A DNA stretch of 64,000 nucleotides from contig CAVRUC010000013.1 of assembly GCA_963724295.1 (NCBI GenBank), positions 128,001 to 192,000 of the forward strand. The letters run 5' to 3'. Under the pieces are notes generated by a model that worked only from the letters and a program-made list of their open reading frames with translations, was not told the DNA's origin and made no database searches. The translations under genes were made by a program, and so were the position numbers. The DNA comes from an uncultured Chloroflexia bacterium (lineage in GTDB: Bacteria > Chloroflexota > Chloroflexia > Thermomicrobiales > UBA6265). Below, piece by piece: positions 1-14,800 of the stretch (its first letter is position 1; every line of letters starts with the position of its first letter).

Positions 1-101
1 GACGGTCGACGGCACTCCGCCGCGGTAGCCGCGGGCGCTTCCAAGACAGGCGTTCACGTCTGGCTCCGATGAACGGGCGAGCCGCATCGGCTCGCCGGTC
101 C

Positions 102-169
102 TGGCTCATTTGAGCCACCGAAATGCAGTTCGTTCGCGGGATGGCCCGCCGAGGCGGCGGGTCTATGCT
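102..169 (+). promoter_or_regulatory. Activator-type promoter: tandem 16-bp boxes plus -10 hexamer, upstream of giant surface protein 1
   Basis: Perfect inverted repeat TGGCTCA-TT-TGAGCCA (102-117). Second box CAGTTCGTTCGCGGGA 24 nt later (126-141). TATGCT at 164-169, exactly 22 nt after the box. Confidence 0.7.
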
Positions 170-294
170 TGCGGCACAGCCATTTCTTGGCATGCTCGGT
201 CGTGGCCCCGGAACGGGGTGGACACGGCCGGCAATGATGGTGATTGGGAACCCCGACGCGCTCGCCGGGAACACCGGGGGACGGGCTCCACTCT

Positions 295-3200
295 ATGCGC
301 ACCACACGTCGAACGGGCTCTTCGATCCTGACCTGGCTGCTGCTGCTGGCGCTGGTCGTCAGCGCCCTGCCGGCGCCGGCTATGACGGCGCCCCTCCCGG
401 CACCGGCGGTGACGGCACCCCTCCCGGTGGCGGCCGCCGCCGCGGCGACGAAGGGTGCGCCCGCCCAGGACGACACCGACCCACCCCAGACCGAGATCGC
501 GCGCAAGCCGCCGGCGCGGACGGATGCCGCCGAGGCGTCATTCACCTACCGCTCCTCCGAGCGCGAGGGCCGCTTCGAGTGCGCCCTCGACCAGGGTCGC
601 TTCCAGCCTTGCAAGGCCGACGGCCACCGCTACCGCGGCCTGGGCCCGGGTCGCCACGTCTTCGCGGTGCGGGCCATCGACAAGGCCGGCAACGCCGACA
701 AGAGTCCGGCCCGCCACGCGTGGACGGTCGAGGCCGCCACATCGGCGGACCCGCCGGCGCAGCAGACGGACGAGCGCCAGGACAAGCCGGCCGGAAACGC
801 GGGTGATGATCCGTCCGCGCCCGCCCCCGAGGGCAAAGACGACAAGAGCGGTGCGGGCGAGGCCAAGCCGCCCGAGACGCGGCTCGAGGAGAAGCCGGCG
901 GGCCGGACGTCTGAGGCCACGGCCACGTTCCGCTATGCGTCGTCCGAGTCCGACGCGACCTTCGAGTGCGCCCTCGACGGGGCGGGGTTCGAGCCGTGCC
1001 CGGCCGGCGGCCAAGAGTACCGCGACCTGCGCCCGGGTCAGCACGCCTTCACGGTCCGCGCTGTCGACGCCGCGGGCAACCGCGACGAGACGCCGGCGAC
1101 CCATGGCTGGACCATCGCCCAGGCGAAGCCAGCAGAGAAGCGTCGGGGCGGCGACGAGCAGCGCCCCGACGCGGACGCGCCCAACCCGGGCCCCGAGGAT
1201 GGGTCAGCCGAGCCGCGCGACGGCGACGCGGCCCCGCCGGAGACGACGATCGAGGCCAAGCCGCCCGCGCGTACCGGCGCCGAGGCGGCGTTCGCCTACG
1301 CCGCCTCGGAGAAGGACGCCACGTTCCAGTGCCGGCTCGACCGCGGCCGCTTCGAGCCGTGCGAGGCCGGCAGCCACACCTACCGCAACCTGCGCGACGG
1401 CAAGCACGCCTTTGCGGTGCGGGCGGTTGACACCGCCGGCAACGCCGACAAGACCCCGGCGACCCACACCTGGACGGTCGACACGACCGGCCCCCAGGTG
1501 GCACGTCTCGCCCCCCGGCACCGAGCCAAGGACGTCGCCGTCGACGCCGACGTGGCGGCGGTCTTCAGCGAAGCGATGGACCCGTCCAGCCTGACGACGA
1601 AGACGTTCACGCTCGTTCCGGAGGGGGGCGACGCGCCAGTCGCGGCGACGGTGAAGTACGACGCTGCAGACAAGCGGGCCGTGCTCGACCCGGAGGCCGG
1701 CCTCGCGGCGGGGACGACCTATACGGCGACCGTGACCACCGCCGCCGACGCGGCCGGCAACAAGCTGGCCGCCGCCAAGGCGTGGCGCTTCACGACCGCC
1801 GCGCCGGCGAAGCCCGCGCCCCCGAAGACGACCATCGGGGAGAAGCCGCCGGCCCGGACTGAGGCGACGGAGGCGACCTTCACCTACCGCTCCTCGGACC
1901 CGAAGGCGACCTTCGAGTGCGCCCTCGACGCGGGCGACTTCGCACCCTGCCCGGCGGACGGCCAGTCGTACCGCGATCTGGGCCCCGGCCGGCACGTCTT
2001 CAAGGTCCGGGCCATCGGCGGCGGTGGCGTCGACAAATCACCGGCCAAGCACGAGTGGACTGCCGAGACTGCCGCGGTGGAACCGCCGGCCACCGAGCCG
2101 CCCGGGGATCGGGACGGCGACGGCGGCAACGGGGACGCGGAACCGGCCGCTCCGGGCGACGGCGACGAGACGCCTGAAGACCCGGGGGACGGCGCGCCCG
2201 AGCCGCCGCAAGACGGCGCGGACGCGGCCGAGTGGGTCGCCTTCGCCGATGGCTTCGAGGGCGGCGACCTGGCCCAGTGGACGGGCGGGAAGGGACTGCG
2301 GGTCCAAGCCGATGAGGCGGCGGCGGGGCGGTACGGGGCGCGGGCCAAGAGCGCCGGCGACGCCGCGTTCGCGACCAAGACACTCAGCCAGGAGCAGAGC
2401 GACCTGTACGCGCGGGTCAAGTTCAAGATCCTCGCTCAAGGCAAGAACCCCGTCACCCTGCTCGCCCTCCGCACCGCCGCTGGCGACGGGCTGGTGAGCC
2501 TGAATGTCGGGAGTGACGGCCGCCTCAACGTCCGCAACTCGGTCACCGGCGCGACCGCCGCCGGCCCGACGGCTGTCACCAAAGGGGTCTGGCACGAGGT
2601 GGAGGTCCACGTCCGGACCGGGGCGTCGGGCGAGGTCGAGGTCTGGTACGACGGCCAGCGGATCGACAAGCTGAGCGGAAGCCGGCGGCTGGGAACGAAG
2701 GCCATCGGGCGAGTCGTCCTCGGGGAGAGCACCCGGGGGGGCGCGTACGACGTGGCGTTCGACGACATCGCCGTCGACACGAGCTTCGTTTCCCCGGAGA
2801 TCGTGGCCGACGACGCCGAGCGCGACACCACCGCACCGGCGCCGAACGACGGCGTGTTCACCACTGCGGCGAGTGGCACCGAGCTGGAGACGACGATCAA
2901 TTCCAGCCCGTCGAGTCTGACCAACAGCACCGAGGCACAGTTCACGTTCTCGGCCAGCCAGTCCGGCGCGAAGTTCCAGTGCCGGTTCGACTCGACCGCT
3001 GAGGCGGCCTGGGCGAGCTGCACGAGCCCCAAGACGTACACGGTAGGCGAGGGCAACCACACCTTCGAGGTGCGGGCTACCAAGGCGGGCAGCACGGACC
3101 CGACGCCGGCCAGCCACACCTGGACGGTCGACACGACGGCACCGGAGACGACGCTGAGTCGGCGACGGCCAGCCAATCCGACCAAGCTGACGGACGCCAC

Positions 3201-6200
3201 GTTCACGTTCTCGAGCGAGGCCGGTGCCACCTTCGAGTGCAAGCTCGACGGCGGGGCCTACGAGGGCTGCGCATCGCCCAAGGCCTACGGCGGCCTGCCT
3301 GACGGTCCCCACACCTTCGCCGTGCGGGCCAAGGACGCCGCCGGCAACCCCGACCCGTCGCCCGCCACCCACGGCTGGACGGTCGACACGACCGCGGAGA
3401 CGACGATCGACGCCGCTCCCCCGAGCTCGACCAACAGCGCCGAGGCGACGTTCCGGTTCTCCAGCGAGGCAGGCGCGGCCTTCGCGTGCAGCCTCGACGG
3501 CGGAGCCTTCGATCCCTGCGCGAGCCCCAAGACCTACAGCGGCCTGGGCGAGGGCGCGCACACGTTCGAGGTGCGGGCCACCGACGCGCTCGGCAACGTC
3601 GACCCGACGCCGGCCAGCCATACGTGGACCGTCGACGCGACGGCGCCGGAGACGACGCTGAGCGACAAGCCAGCCGACCCGACCAACCAGGCGGGCGCCA
3701 CGTTCGCCTTCTCCGCCGACGAGTCCGGCGCGACCTTCGAGTGCAAGCTCGACGGGGCGGCCTTCGCCCCGTGCACCTCGCCCACGAGCTACGAGGACCT
3801 GGCCGACGGCGCGCACACGTTCGACGTGCGGGCCACCGACGCGGCGGGCAACACGGACCCGACGCCGGCCAGCCACACCTGGACCATCGACGCGACGGCG
3901 CCGGAGACGACCCTGGCCGGCGACGCGCCAGCCGACCCGACCACGCTGACGGACGGCACGTTCGCCTTCTCGTCGGACGACGCGGATGCCGTCTTCGAGT
4001 GTCGGCTCGACGGCGCGGTCTGGGCGGGCTGCGAGAGCGCCAAGACCTACACCGACCTCGGCGACGGTACCCACACGTTCGACGTGCGGGCGAGCGACGC
4101 GCTGGGCAACGTCGACCCGACGCCGGCCAGCCACACCTGGACCATCGACACGACCGCTCCGGAGACGACGCTGAGTGACAAGCCAGCCGACCCGACCACG
4201 CTGACGGACGGCATCATTCACCTTCTCCAGTGAGCCCGGTGCAAGCTTCGAGTGCGCCCTCGATGGAGGGGGCTGGGCGGGCTGCGAGAGCCCCAAGGCC
4301 TACAGCGGTCTGGGCGAGGGTGCGCACACGTTCGACGTGCGGGCCACCGACGCGGTGGGCAACACGGACCCGACGCCGGCCAGCCACACCTGGACCATCG
4401 ACGCGACGGCGCCGGAGACGACCCTGGTCGGCGACGCGCCAGCCGACCCGACCAAGCTGACGGACGCCACGTTCACGTCTCGCGAGCGAGGCCGGTGCCA
4501 CCTTCGAGTGCAAGCTCGACGGCGGGGCCTACGAGGGCTGCGCATCGCCCCAGACCTACGGCGAGCTGCCCGACGGGGCCCATGCCTTCGAGGTGCGGGC
4601 CATCGATGCCGCCGGCAACGCCGACCCGACGCCGGCCAGCCACGACTGGACGGTCGACACGACCGCTCCGGAGACGACGATCGACGCCGGCCCGGCCGAC
4701 CGGGCCAACAGCACGTCGGCGACGTTCACTTTCTCGTCGAACGAGCTGATCGCCACGTACGAGTGCGCTCTCGACGACGCGGCCTTCAGCCTCTGCACCT
4801 CGCCGGCAGAGTACACGGGTTTGGCAGACGGTGAGCACACCTTCCAAGTGCGGGCGACGGACGTGCTGGGGAACACCGATCCGACGCCAGCCAGCCATGC
4901 TTGGACGGTCGACGCGACGGCGCCAACGGTCACGACCGTGGCGCCGGCGGACGGCGCGACCGACGTCATTACCACCGCCAACGTCAAGGTGACCTTCTCG
5001 GAGGCGATGGACCCGACTACCCTGACGACGGACACGTTCACGCTCGTCCCGCAAGGCAGCGGCACGGCCGTCACCGCGAGGGTGACCTACGACGGCGCAA
5101 CCCAGGAGGCGATCCTCATCCCGGACGCCGACCTGGTTGCCGGGACGACCTACACGGCGACGGTGACCGCCGGGGCCAAGGATCTGGCGGGCAACACGCT
5201 GCCGACCGATAAATGTCTGGTCCTTCACGGTTGCGGACACGACGCCGCCGCAGACGACGCTGGACGACAAGCCCGCCGACCTGATCGACAGCGCCGAGGC
5301 GACGTTCACGTTCTCGAGCGAGCCCAGCGCAAGCTTCGAGTGCCGGCTGGACTCGGTCGACGAGGCGGCCTGGGCGAGCTGTACGAGCCCCACGACCTAC
5401 AGCGGCCTGGGCGACGGGCGCGCACACGTTCGACGTGCGGGCCACCGACGCGGCGGGCAACACGGATCCGACGCCGGCGTCCGACGCCTGGACGGTTGAC
5501 ACCACCGCCCCCACGGTCACGACCGTGGCGCCGGCGGACGGCGCGACCGATGTCGCCACCGCCGCCACCGTCAGGGCCACCTTCTCGGAGGCGATGGACT
5601 CGACCACCCTGACGGGGGCCACCTTCACGCTGGTTGCGCAAGGGAGCAGCACTACCCGTCGTCGCCGCGGTAACGTACGACGAGGGGACCAAGCAGGCGA
5701 CACTTGATCCCGATGCCGACCTGGAGCTGGCCACTGTCTACACCGCGATGGTGACCACAGGCGCGACAGACGCCGCCGGCAACCCGTTGGCGGCGGACGA
5801 GACGTGGTCCTTCACCACCGTTGCGCTGGCCGACACCACCGCGCCGGAGACGGCCATCGACGCCGGCCCGTCCGGCACGACCAACGAGACGACGGCCAGC
5901 TTCGCCTTCTCGGCGACCGAGCCGGGCGCGACCTTCGAGTGCGCGCTCGACGGCGGGCCGTTCACGGCGTGCGCCTCGCCCACCGACTACAGCGGTCTGG
6001 GCGACGGGGAGCACACCTTCGCGACCCGGGCCAAGGACGCGGCGGGTAACGTCGACCCGACGCCGGCCACCCAGGCGTGGACCGTCGACGCGACGGCGCC
6101 GGCCGTGACCGGCATCGGTCCGGCCGACGGGGCGACCGGCGTCGCCGCGGGCGCCAACGTCGCCGCGGTCTTCTCCGAGGCGATGGACGTGGCCGCCGTG

Positions 6201-9200
6201 GCGGCGGCGTTCACGCTGGCGCCGCAGGGTGGCGGACCGGTCGCGGCGACCGTCACCTACGATCCGGCGACGAAGAAGGCGACACTGAACCCGACGGCCG
6301 ACCTGGCTCCGGGCACCGCCTACACGGCGACGGTCAAGGGCGGGGCGAGCGGGGCCAAGGACCTCGCCGGCAATCCACTCGCGGCCGACAAGACCTGGTC
6401 GTTCGCCACCGCCGGCCCCGACGCGCTGACCGTCGCGGTCGAGGCCGACGCCTGGGTGGAGAGCACCAACCCGGGCGTCAACCACGGCAGCGAGCAGTGC
6501 CTGAACGCCGACAACAGCCCACAGCAGGAGACCTACCTCAAGTTCACCGTCAGCGGCGTGACGGGGACGGTCACCGGCGCCACCCTCCGCCTGACCTCCT
6601 ACAACGGGACCCCCAACGGCCCGAAGATCTACGGGGTGACGGAGAACGGCTGGTCGGAGACGGGAATCACCTGGAGCACCAAGCCGGCTCGCAGCGGCGG
6701 CGCGCTCGACGACGAGGGCGAGGTCACGGCCACCGCCAACGCCCCGGCCGTGGTCGAGTACAACGTCGGCGCCCTGGTCAACGGCAACGGCACCTACACC
6801 TTCAATCTGGTCGCCGACCATAGCGACGCCATCCAGTTCCGCTCGAGGGAGTACGGCACCGCCGCTCAACGGCCGCAGCTCGTGCTCCAACTCAACGGCG
6901 CGGGCAGCGCGCTGGAGACGACGATCGATCGGCGGGCCGTTCCCGGCAATCCGACCACCAGCACGACGGCCACGTTCACCTTCTCGGCGAACGACCCCGG
7001 TGCGACCTTCGAGTGCAAGCTGGACGGGGCGGCCTTCGCCGCCTGCGACTCGCCGAAGCAGTACACCGGCCTGGCCGCCGGGCCGCACACCTTCCAGGTC
7101 CGGGCCAGCGACCTGGCCGGCAACGGCACCGACCCGACGCCGGCGGCGCACACCTGGACCGTCGACACGACGCCGCCGACGGTGGCGACCGTGGCAGCCG
7201 GCCGATGGCGCGGCCGACGTTGCCACCAGCGCCAACGTCGCGGCGACCTTCTCGGAGGCGATGGACACGGCGTCCGTGGAGGCGCAGGGCGTCTTCACGC
7301 TGGTCGCCCAGGGCGGCTCGAGCCGTCGCCGCCGCGGTCACCTACGACCCGGCGACCAGAAAAGCCACCTTGAACCCGAACGCCGACCTGACACCGAACA
7401 CAACCTACACCGCCAGGGTCCTGGGCGGCGCCAGCGGGGCAAAGGACACCGGCCGGAACGCGCTCGCCGCCGACCGGGTCTGGTCCTTCACCGTCGCGAC
7501 CGACACGACCCCGCCGACGGTCGTCTCCGTCCTGCCGACGGAGGAGGCGACGGGCGTCGCCGTCGCCAGCAACGTCGAGGTTGTCTTCTCGGAGGCGATG
7601 GACGCCACGACCTTGACCTCAACCACCGTCACGCTGACACAAGACGGCGGAGCGGTCGCCGCGACCGTTACCTACGACGACGCCGCCAAGAAGGCGATTC
7701 TCGATCCGAGTGCCGACCTGACGCCGGCGACGACCTACACGGCGACGGTCAAGGGCGGGGCGAGCGGGGCGAAGGACACCAGCGGGCTGCCGCTGGCGGC
7801 CGACAAGACCTGGTCCTTCACGACCGCCGACGTCACCGCGCCGACGGTCACCAGCGTCGCCCCGGCCGACGCCGCGACAGGCGTGGCGGCCGGCGCCAAC
7901 GTTGCCGCGGTCTTCTCCGAGGCGATGGACGCGGCGACCCTGACGACGGCCACCTTTACGCTGGTGCGCCAGGGCACGACGACGCCTGTGGCCGCTCCGG
8001 TGACCTACGACGCGGCTGCCAAACGGGCGACGCTGGATCCGGACGCCAACCTGGCGGCCGGGGCGACCTACACGGCGACGGTCAAGGGCGGGGCGAGCGG
8101 GGCCAAGGACCTGGCCGGCAACCCGCTGGCCGCCGACCGGGTCTGGTCCTTCACGACCGCCGGCACGACGATGACCGCGGCCGTCGAAGCCGATGCCTGG
8201 GTCGAGAGTGCCAATCCGAGCCTGAACCACGGCACCGACCAGTTTCTGAGCATCGACAACAGCCCGCTCAGCGAAGGGTTCCTGCGCTTCACGGTCAGCG
8301 GGGCGGGCGATATCTCGCAGGCCAAGCTGCGCCTCTACGCCTACAACGGGACCGACAACGCCCCGAAGGTCTACCGGGTGACCGACAACAGTTGGTCAGA
8401 GACGGGCATCACCTGGAGCACCAAGCCGGCCCGGAGCGGCACGCCCGTCGACACCACGTCTTTGGTCCCCACGAACTCCTGGGTCGAGTACGACGTGTCG
8501 TCGATGGTCACGGCCAACGGCACCTATACCTTCAACCTGGTGCCGGACACCGGCGACCTCCTCCAGGTTCGGTCCCGGGAGTACGCGGCCGATCCGACAC
8601 TGCGCCCGCAGTTGGTGCTGACGGTCGGCGCTCCGGGTGGCCCCGAGACGATGATCGACCCGCCCCACCCCGGCCAACCCGACCAACCAGATGAGTGCCA
8701 CGTTCACCTTCTCCTCGAATCAGCCGGGCACAACCTTCGAGTGCAAGCTCGACGGCTCGGCCTTCGCGGCTTGCACTTCGCCGAAGCAGTACACCGGCCT
8801 GGCCGCCGGGCAGCACACGTTCGAGGTGCGGGCGATCGACGCGGCCGGCAACCCGGACGAGACGCCGGCGGCGCACACCTGGACGGTCGACACGACGCCG
8901 CCGACGGTGGCGACCGTGGTGCCGGCCGATGGCGCGCCGAACGCGCCCTCGACGGCGAACGTCGAGGCGACCTTCTCCGAGGCGATGGACCCGGCGACGC
9001 TGACCGGGGCGACGTTCATGCTGGTCGCGCAGGGGAGCGGCAGCCCCGTCGCCGCCCAGGTCAGCCCCGACGCCGGCGCGACGAAGGCGATCCTGAACCC
9101 AGACGCGGATCTGACGCCAGGCGTAACCTACAACGCCACGGTCAGCACCGGGGCGAAGGACGCGGCCGGCAACACTTTGGCGGCCGGCTACCTCTGGTCC

Positions 9201-11708
9201 TTCACCGTGGCGGACACCACGCCGCCGGTGACCAGCCTCGTCTCGCCGCTGCCGGCCAACCCCACCAACCAGACGAGCGCCACGTTCACCTTCTCGACGA
9301 ACGAGCAGGGCGCGACCTTCGAGTGCCGGCTCGACGGCGGGGCCTGGGCGAGTTGCACGAGTCCGAGCAACGTGACCAGTCTGACCGAAGGCGCCCACAC
9401 CTTCGAGGTGCGCGCCATCGACGCGGCGGGCAACGTCGATACCACGCCGGCGGCGCACACCTGGACGGTCGACACGACGCCGCCGACGGTGACCATCCTC
9501 GCTCCGGCTGACGCCGTGACGGGGGTGGCCGTCACCGCTAACGTCGAGGCGACCTTCTCCGAGCCGATGAACGCGGCGACGGTGACCGCGCCGGCCGTCT
9601 TCACCCTGAAGCCCCAGGGCGGCTCGGCCGTCGCCGCCGAGGTCGCCTACGACCCGACGACCCGCAAAGCGACCTTGAACCCGAACGCCGACTTGGCACG
9701 GAGCACCACCTACACCGCCCAGGTCCTGGGCGGTCCCACCGGCGCAACGGATCTCGCTGGGAACGCGCTGGCCGCCAACCGCATCTGGTCGTTCACGACG
9801 AGCGGCACGGCGCCGACCTTGACCTTCGAGGCGCAGGCCGACGCCAAGGTGGAGAGCGCCAACCCGACGCTCAACTACGGCACCCAAAGCACACTCAAGG
9901 TCGACAGCAGCCCGCAGGTCGAGTCTTTCCTCCGCTTCGCCGTCAGCGGCATAAATAACACGGTCACGAGCGCCAAGTTGCGGCTCTACGCAACGTCGGC
10001 GACGGTCAACGGCCCGACCGTCTACGCCGTACCGGACAACGGTTGGTCGGAGACGGGCATCACCTGGAGCAACAAGCCGGCGCGGACGGGGTCGCCCAGC
10101 GACGACATGGGAGCGATCTCGGCCGGCGGCTTCGTCGAGTTCGACGTGACGCCGCTTGTGACCGGGGACGGCACCTACAGCTTCAACCTGGTCGGGACCT
10201 CCGACGACGTCGTCGACTTCGCCTCGCGGAACAACTCGCACGACCAGCCAGCGGCCGCAGCTGCTGGTCACGTTCAACGGCACCGTGCCGCTGACGGTCA
10301 GCGCCTCGCCGGCGGGTGGCACCTACACCACCGGCCAGTCGGTGACGTTGACCGCCTCGGCGGAGCCGAGCACCAAGTACTACACGACCGACGGGTCCGA
10401 CCCGACCACCAGCGGTACGCGGATCGTCTACGGCGGGCCGATCACCATCGCCGCCTCGACGACGCTCAAGTTCTACGCCGTCGCTCCCGACGCCCGCACG
10501 TCGCCGGTCGTCTCCGAGGTCTACACGATCGCCTCGACGACCGGTTTTCGGGGCGCCACCTTCACCGGCACCAGCGCGCCGACGTCCAAGGAAAACGAGA
10601 GCAAGCTCTGGTACAACGACGGCTCCTGGTGGGGCGTGCTCTACAACACGTCGACGACGGACTTCCAGATCTATCGGCTCGACTCGACGACCCAGGCAGT
10701 GGAGCGATACCGGGGTCAAGGTCGACCTGCGCAATGCAGCCAAGGTCGACGTGCTCTGGGACGGAACCAAGCTCTTCACGCTTGCGCACCAGTGGAACTC
10801 GGGTTCCAGCGGCCGGGCCGAGCTGCGGCGCTTCAGCTACAACGCCGCCAACGACCAGTACACACAGGAGCTCGGTCCAATCCTGGTCAACAACTTCGGG
10901 TCGGAGACGGCGGTCCTCGCCAAGGACACGACCGGCACCCTCTGGGTGACTTACACCCAAGACAGCAAGGTCTACGTCACGCGCTCGGCTGGCGCCAACC
11001 ACGATACCTGGGTCACGCCGTACATCCTGCCGACCGCCGGCTCCTCGGTCTACAGCGACGACATCTCGGCGATCGTCTCCTTCGGCGGCAAGATCGGGGT
11101 CCTTTGGAGCAACCAGTGCGACCAAACCCAGGGCCGGTGCTCCACGATCCAGAACAAGATGCTCTTCGCCTGGCACAGCGACGGCGCCGCCGACAACGCC
11201 TGGACCGAGGAGGTCGCCTACGACATCCCGAGTTTGTCCGGCGGCAGCGCGGACGAGGCCGCCGACGACCACATGAACATCAAGGTCGACTCGAGCGGCC
11301 GGCTCTACGCCGCGTTCAAGACCTCGCTCAACGCCTCCGGCGAGCCGCTGATCGGCCTCCTGGTCCGGGAGACGAACGGCACCTGGTCGAGCCGCACCGT
11401 GTTCACGGCCGACTTCAACCACACGCGGCCGATCGTCCTGATCGACGAGCAGAACGGGGTGCTCTACGTCTTCGCCTCGGAGGGGCCAACCACTCAACGG
11501 CGGCAAGATCTACTACAAGCAGGCGAGCCTGAGCAACCTCTCCTTCCCGGCCGGGATCGGCACGGTCATCATCGAGAACAGCACCGACGTCACGATCAAC
11601 AACGTCAACTCCACCAAGCAGAACGTGGACTCGACCACCGGCATCGTGATCATCGCCGGCGAGGTCCAAAACACCCGCTACTACCACAACGTGATCAATC
11701 GAGGGTAG
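295..11708 (+). CDS. Giant secreted Ig-repeat surface protein 1 (~3800 aa), split by multiple indels
   Basis: ATG295 signal peptide MRTTRRTGSSILTWLLLLALVVSALPAPA. About 17 Cys-paired Ig-like repeats (DTTAPETT..FECxLDG..C.SP..HTFxVRAxD), about 9 Big_5/SbsA-like domains (FSEAMD), a lectin/LamG-like domain (~2230-2780), 3 DNRLRE/CBM96-like domains (~6430, ~8170, ~9825), a CHB_HEX_C/Fn3-like YYTTDGSDP domain and a C-terminal SKLWYNDGSWWGVLY domain. Pieced from ORFs 244-4233, 4337, 4593, 5435, 5634, 7013, 8691, 10285, 10751; last frame ends ..HNVINRG TAG 11706-11708. Confidence 0.8.
330..1819 (+). repeat. ~1.5 kb near-identical direct repeat, copy 1 (copy 2 at 11860-13348)
   Basis: Sequence from gacctggctgctgctg to aagcccgcgc recurs at 11860-13348 with scattered substitutions. 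Confidence 0.95.
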
Positions 11709-11824
11709 CTGGGTGGGCGCGGCCCGTCTTCTGTCTGATGTCTGAAGGACGGTCGGGAAGCGCGGCGGCCGGCGCCGGGGGCCGGCGGTCGTAAGGCGGT
11801 GGCCGTAGGGTAGGGATTGTTCTG

Positions 11825-14800
11825 ATACGGACCAAGCACCGAGCGAGCTCGTCGATAACGACCTGGCTGCTGCTGCTGGCGCTGGTCGTCAGCGCCCTGC
11901 CGGCGCCGGCTATGACGGCGCCCCTCCCGGCACCGGCGTTGACGGCACCCTCCCGGTGGCGGCCGCCGCCGCAGAGGCGAAGGGTGCGCCCGCCCAGGAC
12001 GACACCGACCCACCCCAGACCGAGATCGCGCGCAAGCCGCCGGCGCGGACGGATGCCGCCGAGGCGTCGTTCACCTACCGCTCCTCCGAGCGCGAGGGCC
12101 GCTTCGAGTGCGCCCTCGACCAGGGTCGCTTCCAGCCTTGCAAGGCCGACGGCCACCGCTACCGCGGCCTGGGCCCGGGTCGCCACGTCTTCGCGGTGCG
12201 GGCCATCGACAAGGCCGGCAACGCCGACAAGAGTCCGGCCCGCCACGCGTGGACGGTCGAGGCCGCCACATCGGCGGACCCGCCGGCGCAGCAGACGGAC
12301 GAGCGCCAGGACAAGCCGGCCGGACACGCGGGTGATGATCCGTCCGCGCCCGCCCCCGAGGGCAAAGACGACAAGAGCGGTGCGGGCGAGGCCAAGCCGC
12401 CCGAGACGCGGCTCGAGGAGAAGCCGGCGGGCCGGACGGCCGAGGCCACGGCCACGTTCCGCTATGTATCGTCCGAGTCCGACGCGACCTTCGAATGCGC
12501 CCTGGACGGGGCGGGGTTCGAGCCGTGCCCGGGCGACGGCCAGGAGTACCGCGATCTGAGCCCGGGTAAGCACGCCTTCCAGGTCCGCGCCGTCGACGCC
12601 GCGGGCAACCGCGACGAGACGCCGGCGACCCACGGCTGGACCATCACCCAGGCCAAGCCGGCAGAGAAGCGACGGGGCGGCGACGAGCAGCGCCCCGACG
12701 CGGACGCGCCCAACCCGGGCCCCGAGGATGGGCCGGCCGAGCCGCGCGACGGCGACGCGACCCCGCCGGAGACGACGATCGAGGCCAAGCCGCCCGCGCG
12801 TACCGGCGCCGAGGCGGCGTTCGCCTACGCCGCCTCGGAGAAGGACGCCACGTTCCAGTGCCGGCTCGACCGCGGCCGCTTCGAGCCGTGCGAGGCCGGC
12901 AGCCACACCTACCGCAACCTGCGCGACGGCAAGCACGCCTTTGCGGTGCGGGCGGTTGACACCGCCGGCAACGCCGACAAGACCCCGGCGACCCACACCT
13001 GGACGGTCGACACGACCGGCCCCCAGGTGGCACGTCTCGCCCCCCGGCACCGAGCCAAGGACGTCGCCGTCGACGCCGACGTGGCGGCGGTCTTCAGCGA
13101 AGCGATGGACCCGTCCAGCCTGACGACGAAGACGTTCACGCTCGTTCCGGAGGGGGGCGACGCGCCAGTCGCGGCGACGGTGAAGTACGACGCTGCAGAC
13201 AAGCGGGCCGTGCTCGACCCGGAGGCCGACCTCGCGGCGGGGACGACCTATACGGCGACCGTGACCACCGCCGCCGACGCGGCCGGCAACAAGCTGGCCG
13301 CCGCCAAGGCGTGGCGCTTCACGACCGCCGCGCCGGCCAAGCCCGCGCTGCCGGGGCGGCTATGGGGAATCGGAGGAGGGCACGGGCGGGACCGGCGAGC
13401 CGGAGACGGTACCCGAAGGACCGCGTGAGGACGGCACCACCGCGCCGGAGACGACGATTGAGAGCGCTCCGGCGGACCCAGCGCCAGCCCGAAGGCCGCA
13501 TTCACCTTTGCCTCCTCGGAGCCGGACGCGACGTTCGAGTGCGCGTTGGACGGCGACCAATTCCGGCCCTGCGCTGCGGCCGGCCAGAGCTATCCTGACC
13601 TAGAGAAGGGCGAGCATACCTTCGCCGTCCGCGCCACCGACGCGGCCGGCACCGCCGACCCGACGCCGGCCACCCACGCCTGGACGATCGACGCGGCGGC
13701 GCCTCGCACCGCCGACACGATGCCAACCAGCCGCGCGCTCGGGGTCGCCACGACGACCGAGACGGGCGTCACTTTCGGGGCCAACGCGGACGCCCGGGTG
13801 GCGCGGGCCAATCCGGGTAGCAACTATGGCACGGGAAGAAGACTCATCACCGATCGCGAGCCCGTGACCGAGAGCTATTTACGCTTCGAGGTGAGCGGCG
13901 TCGACGGCACGGTAACTCGAGCCAATCTGCAGCTGTACGCCCCGGAGGGGACGGTGAACGGCCCGGCCGTCTTCCCAGCCGGCAACGCCTGGGCCGAAGG
14001 CAGCATCACCTGGAACAGTAGGCCGGAGCGCACCAGCACCGTGGCGGCCGACGACAAGGGCCCCATCGCTTCCAACACGTGGGTCGCGTTCGACGTCACC
14101 TCCCTCGTCGCCGGCGACGGCACCTACACCTTCAACCTCGCCTCGACCTCCCGCGACGCGGTCTACTTCCATTCCAAAGAAGCCGCCGACGCAAGCCTGC
14201 GGCCGCGCCTGGTGCTGACCGTCGACGCGACGGCCACCGGCCGACACCACCGCCCCGACCGTGACCGACACGACGCCGACGGACGGAGCCGCCGACGTAG
14301 CGGTCACGACCGGCGTCGAGGTCGTCTTCTCCGAGCCCATGGCCCCCGCCACGCTGACGACTGGCACCTTCACCTTGCAGCCGCAGGATGGCGCGGCCAT
14401 CACCGCCCAGGTCAGCCTCAACGCGGCGGGGACGACGGCGACTCTCGACCCGGACGCCGACCTGGACGCCGGCACGACCTACACCGCGACGGTCGAGGGC
14501 GGGGCAAACGGAGCCGCGGACGTGGCGGGCAACCCGCTGGCCGCCGGCCACGTCTGGAGCTTCACGACAGCGGCGCCGGTCGACACGACCGCGCCGGAGA
14601 CCACGATCGACGAGGCGCCGAGTGACCCGACCGCGAGCCCGGAGGCCCGGTTCGTCTTTGCCGCCGACGAGTCAGGCGCCACCTTCGAATGCAAGCTCGA
14701 CGGCGCCCCCTACGCAAGCTGCGCGAGCCCCGACGACCTACGGCGACCTGGCCGATGGCGCCCACACGTTCGCCGTCCGCGCCACCGACGGGGCGGGGAA

